A DNA stretch of 64,000 nt from positions 1 to 64,000 of the IMG/VR virus record IMGVR_UViG_3300042881_003464, one strand, 5' to 3'. Positions 47,867 to 59,500 of the stretch are shown one piece after another. Source of the DNA: a virus. The first letter of the stretch is position 1; every line of letters starts with the position of its first letter. Below the pieces are notes generated by a model. It saw nothing but the letters and a program-made list of their open reading frames with translations, was not told the DNA's origin and did not search any database. Position numbers and translations under genes: made by a program.

Positions 47867-48447
47867 GGTACTATCTCCATTACTATACCGTTACTAACAG
47901 CGTTCTCTTGATTGTCTTGGCCGGCACTAGCAGCTACCCTGTTGAAGAAAAATGTATAGGCAGCCCCATTTTCACTGGATCTCACCGCAGGTGCATAGGT
48001 TCTTGAATTAGTATTACTTGGCCTAATATAATATTGAATCCAATACATGGTGCCGGTACTGTCAGTGTTGTTGTCATACCAAGATGTAACATATCCACTT
48101 TGCAGATTCACGTTGCCAACCACATTGTTAAATCCTTGATAGCCTGAATCTGTGATCAATGCACCGTCGCGATGGATCAAAAAGTTTACGTTATGATTGC
48201 TTTCACCTGCAATGCTCCAACGAAACAGCAGATAGTTGTTGGCACTTTTTGGAGCAATGGTTAGATTCAAATCAGTTATGGTTGTACCTATACCCGAGTT
48301 GGGAGCGGAGTAAGTGGTAATTACGTCCGACCGTGCCGTGCGCACTTGTATCACTGATCCACCGGGTCTAATGTTTGTAGCTGAAGGAACTGAGATGGCT
48401 GTCTGTCCGTACACAGGTGACACATTGCCTACAATAATCTTGCTCAC
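47863..48447 (-). CDS. Tail fibre-associated paralog
   Basis: GSVIQV, W.I.GE.N, RTY.P, FNR, VMEIVP. Confidence 0.6.
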   Translation of the reverse strand: MSKIIVGNVSPVYGQTAISVPSATNIRPGGSVIQVRTARSDVITTYSAPNSGIGTTITDLNLTIAPKSANNYLLFRWSIAGESNHNVNFLIHRDGALITDSGYQGFNNVVGNVNLQSGYVTSWYDNNTDSTGTMYWIQYYIRPSNTNSRTYAPAVRSSENGAAYTFFFNRVAASAGQDNQENAVSNGIVMEIVP

Positions 48448-49982
48448 TGTGCAATCTCCATTACGTAGCCTGCGCTGACTGAGACTTCGTATGAATCTTG
48501 TCCGCTGCTACCATAGGTTCTGTTAAGACAAAAACTTGTGCTGCCGGCATTGGCTATTGCAATGGCAGGTTGATAGGTTCTAGTTTGAATACCATATGCT
48601 GGTATCAAATATTGAATACATAGGTTAGACATTGTAGAGTTATCGTCTCCTCGATCGTATCTTGACATAGCATAACCTGCAAAGTTAGCCAGTCCTTTTT
48701 GATTGTTAGTACCTTCAAAACCTGGTTGCACAATTACCTGTCCGTCTTGAAAAATTCGCCAGACCGTATCGTGATTTACTTCGCCGTTTATCATCCAACG
48801 ACACAAAATCAAACTAGTAGGACTTTTAGGAGTAATAGTAAGGCCAAGTTCACCTATGGCAGTGCCAGGACCGGCCGGTACGGAATAAACTGTTCTATTG
48901 TCTGTTCTAATATACTTGACCTGTATGATAGTTCCCGGCACAGCCACCACACCACCGTTGTCTACAGGAATCTTCTGATCTTCAGCGGTTAAAGGATATC
49001 GTACAACCACAATACCGGAACCACCGTTACCACCTTGGTTGTTGGCATTGTAATGGCTTCCGCCACCACCACCTCCGCCGGTGTTTGTGCCTCCATTGCC
49101 GCCCGGAGTATTGGTCTGCGAGCCAGTGCTGCCTCCACCGCCCGGACTGCCATTGTTGTATCCCAGTCCGCCTGAAGTGGTTCCTACTGCTCCGCCGCCA
49201 CCGCCGCCTATGCCACCGTTACCGCCATTGATACTGTATCCCGAACCACCTCCACCACCGCCCCAGTAGTAACCAACGCCAAGAATGTCACTGTATTTTC
49301 CAGGTCCACCATCGCTGAAAAAAGTGGAAGGAATACCAGCACCACCTGCACCACCACCGCCGCCACTGTAATACTGTCCGCCACCTTGGCCACCTGCATA
49401 GCCTTGTCCAGCAGTACCAGCACCACCAGATCTTGTGCCACCGTCACTGTATCCGCTGGCGCCACCACCTGAACCACCACTGTTGCCTGTGGGTCCTGGT
49501 GTGTATTGATAGTAGCTGCTGCCGCCGGCTCCTCCGCCCACAGCGGTTAGACCAAAAATTGAAGAATTGCTGCCATTGTAGGCCGGTTGTGTGAATTGAT
49601 GTGCGGTAGGCTGTCCTGATGTTCTTCCTGCAGGCCATTGACCTCCGCCAGGCGCACCTTGACCGCCTGCACCCACAACCACCATGTAGTCGCCGCGACT
49701 CACGGTAAACTTGCCTGTGAGAACTCCGCCTCCTCCACCACCACCGCCCATGTCCATACCACCGCCACCACCACCACCAACAATTAGGTAGTCAACTATG
49801 CCATTGGTTCCTGGACTGTTCACACTAAACCTACCATTAGCAGTAAAAATTTGAACTTGATACTGCACGCCATTTACAGTTATGGTATTGGTAATATCAC
49901 CGCCGTGAGCGTTTACAGGCACAAATGAGCTGGCTGCTGTGGTGTTTGCTTGTATGTTTCCAACTGTGAGTATGCTAGGCAT
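48444..49982 (-). CDS. Glycine-rich tail fibre protein with the same C-terminal paralog domain
   Basis: YLIVGGGGGGG...GGSGIVVVRY glycine-rich domain, then PGTIIQV...VMEIAQ. Confidence 0.7.
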   Translation of the reverse strand: MPSILTVGNIQANTTAASSFVPVNAHGGDITNTITVNGVQYQVQIFTANGRFSVNSPGTNGIVDYLIVGGGGGGGMDMGGGGGGGGVLTGKFTVSRGDYMVVVGAGGQGAPGGGQWPAGRTSGQPTAHQFTQPAYNGSNSSIFGLTAVGGGAGGSSYYQYTPGPTGNSGGSGGGASGYSDGGTRSGGAGTAGQGYAGGQGGGQYYSGGGGGAGGAGIPSTFFSDGGPGKYSDILGVGYYWGGGGGGSGYSINGGNGGIGGGGGGAVGTTSGGLGYNNGSPGGGGSTGSQTNTPGGNGGTNTGGGGGGGSHYNANNQGGNGGSGIVVVRYPLTAEDQKIPVDNGGVVAVPGTIIQVKYIRTDNRTVYSVPAGPGTAIGELGLTITPKSPTSLILCRWMINGEVNHDTVWRIFQDGQVIVQPGFEGTNNQKGLANFAGYAMSRYDRGDDNSTMSNLCIQYLIPAYGIQTRTYQPAIAIANAGSTSFCLNRTYGSSGQDSYEVSVSAGYVMEIAQ

Positions 49983-50753
49983 TTAGGCTATGGTCCAAAA
50001 AGCTCCGCTGGCCACGGTCACAGTGACATTACTGTTAATAGTCACAGGCCCTGCACTGAAGTTGTTGTAGCTAGTGGGCAAGGTAGTGTTCACGGTGATA
50101 TTAGCAGGATTCTGTTGATATCCAGATGTGTTTAAGAATTGTCCTGGAGTAGTGCCATCAGCACCATAAACGCCCATGGCGTTGCCCCCGGTATCTCTCA
50201 ATACCACATTGCCAAGAATTATGGTATTGCCAGCCATCCAAAGATTAGCCCATCGCAACGAGCTACTGCCAAGACTGTAGACATTGTCAGCGATGGGAAC
50301 AAAATTAGCCTTGAGAGTGGTATCCCCGTTTGAAAACACCGCAACATTTGAATTACCTGCGACAGAAATAGCAATGTTGCCATTGGCTGTGGTCACTGCC
50401 ACGTTGGAATTTCCGCTGACTATGTTGCTTACAGTAACGGCCACTCCTGTAATACAGGCACCGTTTCCCAAGAGAAAATTAGCTGATACGTTGCCAGTGG
50501 CAGTAATATTACCAAGTGAGCTTACCTGATTAGCATTTAACCAATCACCTGTGACGTTGCCAGTGGCAGTTACTGTGCCGGATGCAGTGATTGATGTAAA
50601 CGCTCCGGTGTTGGCCTGTACATTACCGATTGGAGTGTTGTTGATTGATGATGTGGCCAACAATGCCCAGGCACTGCCGTTGTACTGCCAGGTTCTGTTG
50701 TTATATGTATAAAGGTCACCAACTAAGGGCGAGCTAGGAAAATCTAATGGCAT
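49983..50753 (-). CDS. Putative tail fibre/appendage protein
   Basis: FPSSP..GD.Y.Y..RTW.Y.G.AW N-domain; GNVT/GNIT repeats; SAGPVTI...VTV..G..W C-terminus. Confidence 0.65.
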   Translation of the reverse strand: MPLDFPSSPLVGDLYTYNNRTWQYNGSAWALLATSSINNTPIGNVQANTGAFTSITASGTVTATGNVTGDWLNANQVSSLGNITATGNVSANFLLGNGACITGVAVTVSNIVSGNSNVAVTTANGNIAISVAGNSNVAVFSNGDTTLKANFVPIADNVYSLGSSSLRWANLWMAGNTIILGNVVLRDTGGNAMGVYGADGTTPGQFLNTSGYQQNPANITVNTTLPTSYNNFSAGPVTINSNVTVTVASGAFWTIA

Positions 50754-50778
50754 AGTTCTAGTCTTTCTCCGATGTAGT

Positions 50779-51018
50779 TCACAAAGAGTTTACCTCTTGT
50801 GCTTGCTGGGTTTCTTGTGATTTTTCATCAGGTCCCCATTTTCCAACTGGACAACTGGCTCTTGCCAAAGTGGTTTTCATTGGCATATAGCAACTGCATT
50901 TTTGACAGCGTTCTGATCCAAGCCAATTTAACTTTTTGTCAGGCATTCCATAGAACTCGCATGATTCACAAATGGTCATGCGTGCTGCGCTGACTGTTTT
51001 ATCTACTAAGATATGCAT
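50779..51018 (-). CDS. Small cysteine-rich protein
   Basis: R..IC..C...C..C.C....K.....CP..KW. Confidence 0.65.
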   Translation of the reverse strand: MHILVDKTVSAARMTICESCEFYGMPDKKLNWLGSERCQKCSCYMPMKTTLARASCPVGKWGPDEKSQETQQAQEVNSL

Positions 51019-51391
51019 TCAAAACCTCTTGATCGATTTCACCGTCCCCGGGCACTGCCATGGGTAACCATGTTGTCATTTGTTGTTCATTGTTAACAAT
51101 TCTAGCGTTTCGTAACACCGTACCATCAATGCTGTCCTTGACATGGCGTAAAAACTCTGGATCAAGTCTGTCAAACAACCATTGAGTTAAGAGATCTTTG
51201 GTTACCTGTTCAACTGGCACAAAATTTGGTTGATTAGGATCATGTTCAAGAGGTGTGGTACCTGCCACCGATGCATAGACTCCATTGGGATTTTTCCCCG
51301 TATAAACCCATGAAATATCACGAATCACCCATTTGGTGCCTTGATCAATCACAGTTAAATTAAAACCAGTTATGTTAAACTTGTAAATCAT
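50999..51391 (-). CDS. Hypothetical tail-cluster protein
   Basis: 130-aa ORF with FVP...VT....QW, in the fibre cluster. Confidence 0.6.
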   Translation of the reverse strand: MIYKFNITGFNLTVIDQGTKWVIRDISWVYTGKNPNGVYASVAGTTPLEHDPNQPNFVPVEQVTKDLLTQWLFDRLDPEFLRHVKDSIDGTVLRNARIVNNEQQMTTWLPMAVPGDGEIDQEVLNAYLSR

Positions 51392-52317
51392 GATGGAACT
51401 CTATATCTAATTACAACTATACCTGCTGTACCTGCGCCTTGACTACCGCCAGTTGCTCCTGTGCCATATCCACTACCGGCCCATCCAGCCCAGGTATAAC
51501 TAGGTCCTGCTGCGGTGCCGCTTTGCCCGCCGTTGTTGCCATTGGCTGAATATACCACTGATACTCCTGATGCTACGTTGCTACCACCGCCGCTGGTATT
51601 GCCGCCATTTTGTCCGTTGCCACCAAACCAACCACCGCCACCAGCTCCATATCCACCGCCATCACCGCCGCCATATCCAAAGCCGGCTTGGCCTGATAGT
51701 GTGCCTGTGTTGCCAATTCCTTGCACGTTGCCGCCGCACGCTGGCGAATCATTTGCTGGTCCTTCATTTGATCCACCACCTCCGGCACCGCCTCCTGCTA
51801 CCACTCTAGCGCCGCTTAGATCCACTGTGGAGAAAAATAAACCGCTAAGGCCACCACTACCACCGCCACCTCCTGAACAACAGCTGGAGCCAGCAGCGCC
51901 GCCTGCTGCGCCAAAATTAGCACCTGCACTACCGTTGCAACCACCGCAGCAACAGCCAGTGCCACCACCTCCACCACCGCCTACACTTGCATACCAAGTG
52001 CCTGCTACCGCAGTGACATTGGCTACCATGATTGCACCAGCTCCGCCACCTGCACCATTGGGACCATCATTTCCGCCAGCTCCGCCACCTGCACCCACAC
52101 ACAGCACTTCTAGAGTGTTGAAATCTGATGAACCTGTGCTGGAGATCGTAAAAGTTGTGTTGCCTGTGGAAGTAAAGGTATGCACTTTGTAATTAAACCC
52201 GCCGCTGGACACTGTGCTTTCAGTGCCACCTGTGGCCACAATCGCGCTGATGTTGGTGGTCATTGTGGCGTTGGCCATTGTGTATTTTTGCGATGTTCCA
52301 ATCAATCCAACAGTCAT
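51388..52317 (-). CDS. Glycine-rich domain protein (fibre-associated)
   Basis: ATGG...YKVHTFTS.G, VGAGGG, GIVVIRY; Cys clusters. Confidence 0.7.
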   Translation of the reverse strand: MTVGLIGTSQKYTMANATMTTNISAIVATGGTESTVSSGGFNYKVHTFTSTGNTTFTISSTGSSDFNTLEVLCVGAGGGAGGNDGPNGAGGGAGAIMVANVTAVAGTWYASVGGGGGGGTGCCCGGCNGSAGANFGAAGGAAGSSCCSGGGGGSGGLSGLFFSTVDLSGARVVAGGGAGGGGSNEGPANDSPACGGNVQGIGNTGTLSGQAGFGYGGGDGGGYGAGGGGWFGGNGQNGGNTSGGGSNVASGVSVVYSANGNNGGQSGTAAGPSYTWAGWAGSGYGTGATGGSQGAGTAGIVVIRYRVPS

Positions 52318-53219
52318 CTTATGTACACCTCTACTCTGGCTGAACGATTAATACCAGTTGTGTCTTGACAACAATTAATTCTGTCCCCGGCACTAAAACT
52401 TCCAAAACTTGAATCCATGCCTATGCCACCGCTGACATCGTCAGAACCTGGGGCACCGCCTGACGCCAAAGTTGATGGTCCTGTGTAATTGCCTTCGCCG
52501 TTTTCATTCCATCCAAATCCCCACCTAACATTTGCTTGAGTGCCATAATTTTTATTGTTTTTAAAGTTGAATCCATAGAAATTGATATCTGCCTGACTTG
52601 AAAAAATACCATTGCCCCAGTTAGAAGAACTTTTTGCCAGACCTGTAAAATACCCGCCATAATTACCAGAATCATTTACTGTACCAGTATTATAAGTACC
52701 TTGGGTATTAAAGAAGTTAACAAGTGTAGTAGCTGTGCCTGCAAAAAAATTGTTTTGTAACCAACTCCAACAACTGTAAGGATTAGATCCTAGGCCACCA
52801 CCATTGGTACCAATGTCCGGCCAAAGAGCCATGATGTCTTTAGCAGCAAAGTAATTCATGGTATTAAATTTAGCATCCCCATTGTTGCGATTATTTTCTG
52901 TGGGGTTGAGTGTGTTGATAGTGTTCCAATAGTTTGCGCTGTAATTAAATGTGGTTCCTGTTGTGGCTTTCATGGCCATCATCCAGCCTCCACCGTTAGC
53001 CGAAGAGTTCATCAAACAGTAAACTTCGGTGGGCCCAACAGTGGGCAAATTTATCCAGTAGACTCCGTCGGTGTTTGTTCCTGTAAGCGATTTGATAGCA
53101 GCAGCACTCACAGCGGCCTTGGCCGCTGATGAACCATCGTTTAATACTTGTCCAATAAAGTATGGTCCACCTTGAGCTCCAATGGCTATGTTGGCATTAC
53201 CTAGGAACTTCACTGACAT
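52314..53219 (-). CDS. Fibrinogen-C-like domain protein (putative receptor binding)
   Basis: DGVYWI...EVYCLM...GGGWM motif. Confidence 0.7.
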   Translation of the reverse strand: MSVKFLGNANIAIGAQGGPYFIGQVLNDGSSAAKAAVSAAAIKSLTGTNTDGVYWINLPTVGPTEVYCLMNSSANGGGWMMAMKATTGTTFNYSANYWNTINTLNPTENNRNNGDAKFNTMNYFAAKDIMALWPDIGTNGGGLGSNPYSCWSWLQNNFFAGTATTLVNFFNTQGTYNTGTVNDSGNYGGYFTGLAKSSSNWGNGIFSSQADINFYGFNFKNNKNYGTQANVRWGFGWNENGEGNYTGPSTLASGGAPGSDDVSGGIGMDSSFGSFSAGDRINCCQDTTGINRSARVEVYIR

Positions 53220-53548
53220 TAGGTAATCTCCGACCCAAACACATTAACAGCAATGTTTGCAGTTGAGCAGTTTGCTCTTATGGTATCTCCTGCTCCCAAG
53301 GTCACACCAAGAGTCAACGCTAGACTATTTTGAGTACTCACAGCAATGTTGTTGGCAATCTGCTGACTGGCTGTCCAGGTAGCATTACCTACATGCACAG
53401 ACAATGACACGTTGCTTGTAGTGGCACCAAAATTTGCACAGGTAATCGTGCTGACCACTGCTTGGGTGTTAGCTGGCACGGTATACACAGTGGTCAAAGT
53501 TGTTGCACTAGGGTTTGACTGTCCTAATATTTTATAGTTTGTTGGCAT
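53219..53548 (-). CDS. Small virion appendage protein
   Basis: YKILGQ..P.ATT.T.VYTVP...FGSEIT. Confidence 0.6.
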   Translation of the reverse strand: MPTNYKILGQSNPSATTLTTVYTVPANTQAVVSTITCANFGATTSNVSLSVHVGNATWTASQQIANNIAVSTQNSLALTLGVTLGAGDTIRANCSTANIAVNVFGSEIT

Positions 53549-53549
53549 T

Positions 53550-56500
53550 TTACATTCCTGCTAATAAAAATGGGTTGAGTATACCAGCACCTGAAATGTT
53601 GCCAGTAATTGATACATTACTTACGGTCATTACAGAAGTATCAATAGAAATTGGGACACCTGTACTACCTGCTGCGTCTTGATAGAACACACGGAAGCTA
53701 TTTGCAGAGTTGACGTCAATATTCCAGGTTGAGTTGCCTTGCCCTGTAAGCCCTGAGACCCCTTTCCATCCTAGAACAACCTGTCCACCTTCTGGTGCCC
53801 CTGTGAAAGAATTTATTATGATGTTGTTGTTGGCGCTTACTAAACCAGTGGTGTAGATTCCATTGTCAGAAATCACCAAAACATTTGCCGACGAACCAAC
53901 ATTTGCTGCGATGTTTCCGCTTGAAGTTGTGACTCTTAGGTTAGATGAGCCGCTGTTGATATTTGCTACGCTAGTAATCACACCTGTGAGCAATGCGCCG
54001 TTACCAAAGATGTAGTTTCCTGTAACGTTGCCCGTAGCCGTTAATGCACCTGATGCGATAACATTGTTGGCATAGATATTGTTCCACTGTAGACTTGAAC
54101 TACCAATGTCATAAGAAGCATTAGCTGCGGGCAACAAATTAGCACTAACGTTGCCAAAAGGATTACCGTTTTCAATACTGTACACAGAAGCCATCTGTGC
54201 CCACTGGCTACCAGATCCATCGTCAAAGTATAGATACAGAGTACCATCAACAACGTCAATCCATTGATCACCAATGCTGGGATTAGGAGGTGCTGAAGCC
54301 CCAACTGTGAGTGTACCACCAGCTGCTAATCCATATTCAAACACCCCTAGATCGTATGCTGATGTCACTGCATCTGTGATCAAGCCATTGTCTGTGATGC
54401 TGGTGGTTCCTTGAGTAACCAAGCCGGCATCGCCACCTGCACCCCATAGTGTACCATCATTGGTGCTGCCAATGATACTGATCACTATGTTACCAGTGAC
54501 AGCATTGCCCAACATGTTGATACCGTTGCCACTTTGTAACTGTAGATTACCTGAGCTATTGCTGGCGATCAGTACTGCATTACCTGTGCTGTTGCCTGTA
54601 ACATTACCTTGTAAATTGATTATACTGTACACCGACGATGCTGTGGCGATGCCTGTCATGTTTACCGCATTACCAAAATAGTAATTGGCAGTGATGTTAC
54701 CGCTGGCCACAATACCCGATGTATCAATATTTCCTGTCACATTGGCGTTGGCAGCTTCAAGCATACCAACCTGAAAATTACCATAACTGTTCACAGTGAC
54801 CAGTTCATTGGTAATAGTAACATTGGTAGCTGCAATCAGTCGGTTGCCGCTGTTGTCATAGCCAACAAAGGCAGATTTTTCTGAGCCAGAGTAATACCAA
54901 AGCTGAGTTCCGCGATCTTTACCATCATCTACTGTGAGCGGCGTGTTATTAGCGCCACGTCCTAGGCCAATTATGGGATCTTCAACGTTTAGTTCAGTAA
55001 CGTTTACATAGGTTGTGTTGCCAGATACTGTTAGGTTGCCACCAATCACAGCATCACCAGCAGTGACCAAATTGCCGCCTGTGACATTGCCAGTGGCTGA
55101 TACTGCGCCTGTGGTACTAATGTTTCCACCAGATAGGTTGCCAACCGCTGTGGCATTGCCTGTGACCTCTAGTGTGGCCACATTTGCCAAACCAGCTGTG
55201 GTAATGTTACCACCTGTAATGTTACCAGTGGCGTCAACTGCTCCTGTGGTGGTGATATTAGCTCCGCTGACATTGCCTGTGGCAATCACAGCAGCATTTG
55301 ACAGCACATTTGCACCCGTTATATTACCATTGGCTGTGATGGCTGTGGTTGCACTCACAGCACCATTGGCAAAGAAGTTTAATGCAGTAACATTGGCAGT
55401 GGCATTGATTGATCCACCTGTGGAAATATTACCAGCTGCCAAATTACCAGTAGCATCAACGTTGCCGCTGGTCACTAGATTTCCGCCTGACACATTGCCT
55501 GTGGCTAGAACCACACCAGTGGTGTTTAGATTACCACCGCTAACATTGCCAGTCGCAGATATTGTATTAGCTGTTACAGCATTTGATGCTGATACATTGT
55601 TGCCACTGACATTTGCGCTGGCCACTAGATTAGCAGCGTTTACACTGCCAGTTACATTGGCTTCTCCTGTGACATATAGACCTGTGTTGGCAAACACAGC
55701 CACATTGCTAGTGCCATCAATGTTGACTGTGGCATTGCCATTTGCAGACACAATTTTTACGTTGCTCGTACCATTTGCAATTAATGTGGTGTCAATGCCA
55801 GTGAGCAGGGCACCGTTGCCAATAAAGTAGCTGGCATGCACGTTGCCAGTGACCACAACTTGTCCAGAAGAAATTAAGTTTGCACCAGAAATATTAGCAG
55901 TGGCATTGATGTTGCCTAGACTGTTTACGTTGCCAGCACCTACATTGCCTGTGGCCTGTACTTCTTCAGTGGTTGAAATATTACCGCTGACAATCAAAAA
56001 TGACAGAGTACCAACTTGTGTAATGTTGCTTTGGACTCCGTCTGTGACTGTGTTAGCTGTGTTTGCATGACCAGTGATATCTATACCATAGGTGCCAGAC
56101 ATTCTAGCACTTGGCACTGTGCCTGACGCTAGACTTGATGCATTTGCGTTACCAATGAATTCTGCTGCTGTGACTTTGTTGGTTACACCAAGGTTACCAG
56201 AAACATTGGCCCCGTCTGTAGTAATAGCAAACACATTGGCTACACCACCCACATTGGCAAGAATGTTACCGCCAGAGCTTTCAATTCTTAGATTTGAAGA
56301 GCCATCGTTGATATTGGCCACACTGGTAATCACGCCAGTCAACAGAGCACCGTTGCCAAGAATATAGTTGCCGCTGACATTGCCCGATGCGGTGACATTA
56401 GCTATGGCATAAACATCAGTCCCTGATTCAATGTAGTTTGCATAGACATTGGCATTGGAAATCAAGTCATAAGAAGTTTCAATTGCCCCGTTGGCTCTAA

Positions 56501-59500
56501 ATATCCATGAATGCTGATTTCCTGCTTGTGTATTAGTCTCAATGTTCACGCCGGTATAATTCACATACAACCAGGCGTAGTCATCATTACCAGCAGGATT
56601 CAAATTTGCAATATTGCTGGTCCAATACAACTGTGCATAATTGTTTGAATTGATGCTGACATATTGACCATCTGCCGGTGTGATCCACAGTGGCGCAGAC
56701 TCAGTTTTGATATTAGCAGTAACGTTATTACCAAGTATCAGACCTTGGTCAGTTATAGTAATGACATTAGCTGTGCCGTTGACATTGGCTTGAATGTTGC
56801 CGTTGGCAGTTTCAATTCTTACATTTGATGTGCCATTGTTTATGTTAGCAACTGATGTAATGATGCCTGTTAGATAGTAACCGTTGCCCAAGAAGTAATT
56901 GCCGCTGATGTTACCATTGGCTGTGAGATTACCACTCAAGGTCATGCCTTGAACATCAATGTTGCCTGTTAATGTTACTAGATTGCTGGATTTATCAAAC
57001 TGGAAAGCTGTGACTGAATTCGCAATACTGTCATCATTAAACACCACACCACGATTAGGACCTTGTACAGCAAGATTACCTGAAATGTTACCTATTAGGT
57101 TGCCAATAAAATATGGAGCAGTTACATTGCCTGTGGCATACACAGGCCCTGATACAGCAAATCCGTTACCATGTTGGAATCTACCTATCTCATCACCGGT
57201 GTTTGCACCACCGGTTGAGAATATGATATCATTGTTTTCCAAGGTGCTGAGCACAAGATTACCGCCGCCGGTGGTGGTGTTTCCCGCAACATAAAGATAA
57301 CCATCGTTAACACCCTGTAATGCAAACGCAGGCTGGTTATAACCAGAACTGTTGATACCCATGTCAATATAGGTATCGTTGTCAGTGCCATTGTCAGCAG
57401 TGGCTACAAAGTCTGTGCTGGCCGCGGATCCGTTGTCTTTGTTTTGTGCTACTAATTGTACATAATTGTTAGCACTGCCAGCATATTGGAGGTTGGCATA
57501 GGCAGCACTAAAACTCAAATCTTGACCAACACGTACATTACCAATTGCACTTAGATTGCCTGAAATATTAGCAAATCCAGTTACAGTGAGATTGCCAGTT
57601 GCCACAGTGCCCGCAATGTTGGCCAATCCATTGCTGTTAATGTTTCCACCTGTGATATTTCCTGTTGCGTTAATTGTTGTGGCTGCTAGAAAACTGTTGG
57701 CAGATATATTGTTGGCGGTGATGTTGCCATTGACAATCAAACTTGTACCAGTGGCTGCTCCAATATTGGGCGTTGTCAAATTTGCACTGGCCTTGACAAC
57801 AATATTACCAGTGCCATCAAACGCTGTGGTATCGTTGTCTACCTTGGCTGTGATAATTGTGCCTGCTACATTTATGCCATTTCCACCAGTGTAAACCTGT
57901 GTGCTGCTAAACTGAGCAAATGCAATGTTGCTGGTACCAAAAGTAATTACACCGGTTGGCGAATCAACGATGTAGGCTGAGCCTTTGTTGACGTTACCTG
58001 ATGACACATAGAAATAATCATTGATAGCAAGTGTATTAGCACTGGCTACCCCATAAGTATCAGTATCTGAACTACGAGTAATCACTGTGGCGTTAGACCA
58101 AACATAGACACCGTTTAGTACCGCATTCGCTTCGTCTTTTACTAAGATTCTTGTGTTTGCTGTTTGTACATTTGCCGTATCAATCAGGTTAAATGATCCG
58201 GTTGTGGTAATTGTAGCGCCTACTCCGTTACCTGCTCCGTTGGGCTGTGAATAGGTAATTGTGCCACCTGTGGTGGTAGCCAAGTTAGCAGTGGTAGCTG
58301 CTACTACTGCCTCGTGATATGAGATAGCAGTACTCACCAAGTTATCAACATAGATCTTGGTTGCTGCATCTTGATCTTGTATAGGATTTGCAACACTGTT
58401 AATATAGTTGTTATCTAAGACAATGTTGCCAGTGCCTCCTGGATTCAACTCAATGTTATTGTTGCCGCTTGTGGTAATTACAATACCAGTAGAGCTGTTG
58501 ATATTGGCTGTGACAATATTAGCAGCAATCACATTAGCGGTGGTGTTTATGTTACCAGTTGCAACAACTTGTCCACTGGTAATTAGATTACCACCTGTGA
58601 CATTGCCAGTAGCAACAACTTGCCCAGCAGTGTTTAAATTTCCGCCAGTGACATTACTGGTTGCTGTCACGGCACCACCAACTGTTAAATTGCTGGTTAC
58701 ATTGGCATAACCTGCCACATCAAGATTACCTTGGCCGTCTTTGCCAACTTGCAAATTATTCTCAATGCCTACACTGCCAATTTCACCGTTGTTGACCAAT
58801 ACAATAGCAGTGTCACCGTTTTGGCTGTAAATATAACCGCCATTAACAATGATGTTACCACTGATCAAACTAACATTACCTGGTTCAAACAACAAGCCAG
58901 TGGTAGTTCCGGTGGTTATTTTGTTGCCAAGAATCTCAACATTGGCAGCGGCAATGATGTTGTTGCCATAGATGTTGCCAGTGACATTGGCTAAGCCGGC
59001 TGTGATCAAGTTACCACCAGTTATGTTACCTGTGGCTATTAGTTGTCCTGTGCTGCTGACATTGCCAGCATTGACATTGCCGCTAATATTAGCAGATGTA
59101 GCTGTGATTAGCTGTGTGGCAGATATGTTGTTGCCTGAAATATTAGCCGCACTTGTAATACTACCAGTAGCATCAATCAATCCAGCAGTGATTAAGTTGC
59201 CACCAGTAACATTGCCGGTAGCTGTGATCACGGCGTTTGAAACTAGATTTCCTCCAGTAACAGTGCCGTTGGCATTGATCAACCCTGCTGTGGCAATATT
59301 ACCGCCAGATAAGTTTCCTGTTACAGTTAAGGTTTGAGCAAAGGTCACAGGACCTGACACAGACATTGCACCAATGTTGGCGTTGCCTGCCCAGACATTT
59401 CTCCATTGGAAAGTGCTGGTTCCCAGTGTGTAGGTATTGCTGAATCTTGGATTTGCACTACCCCAAATAACCAAATTGTTTGTGGCAGGTGTAAGATTCA

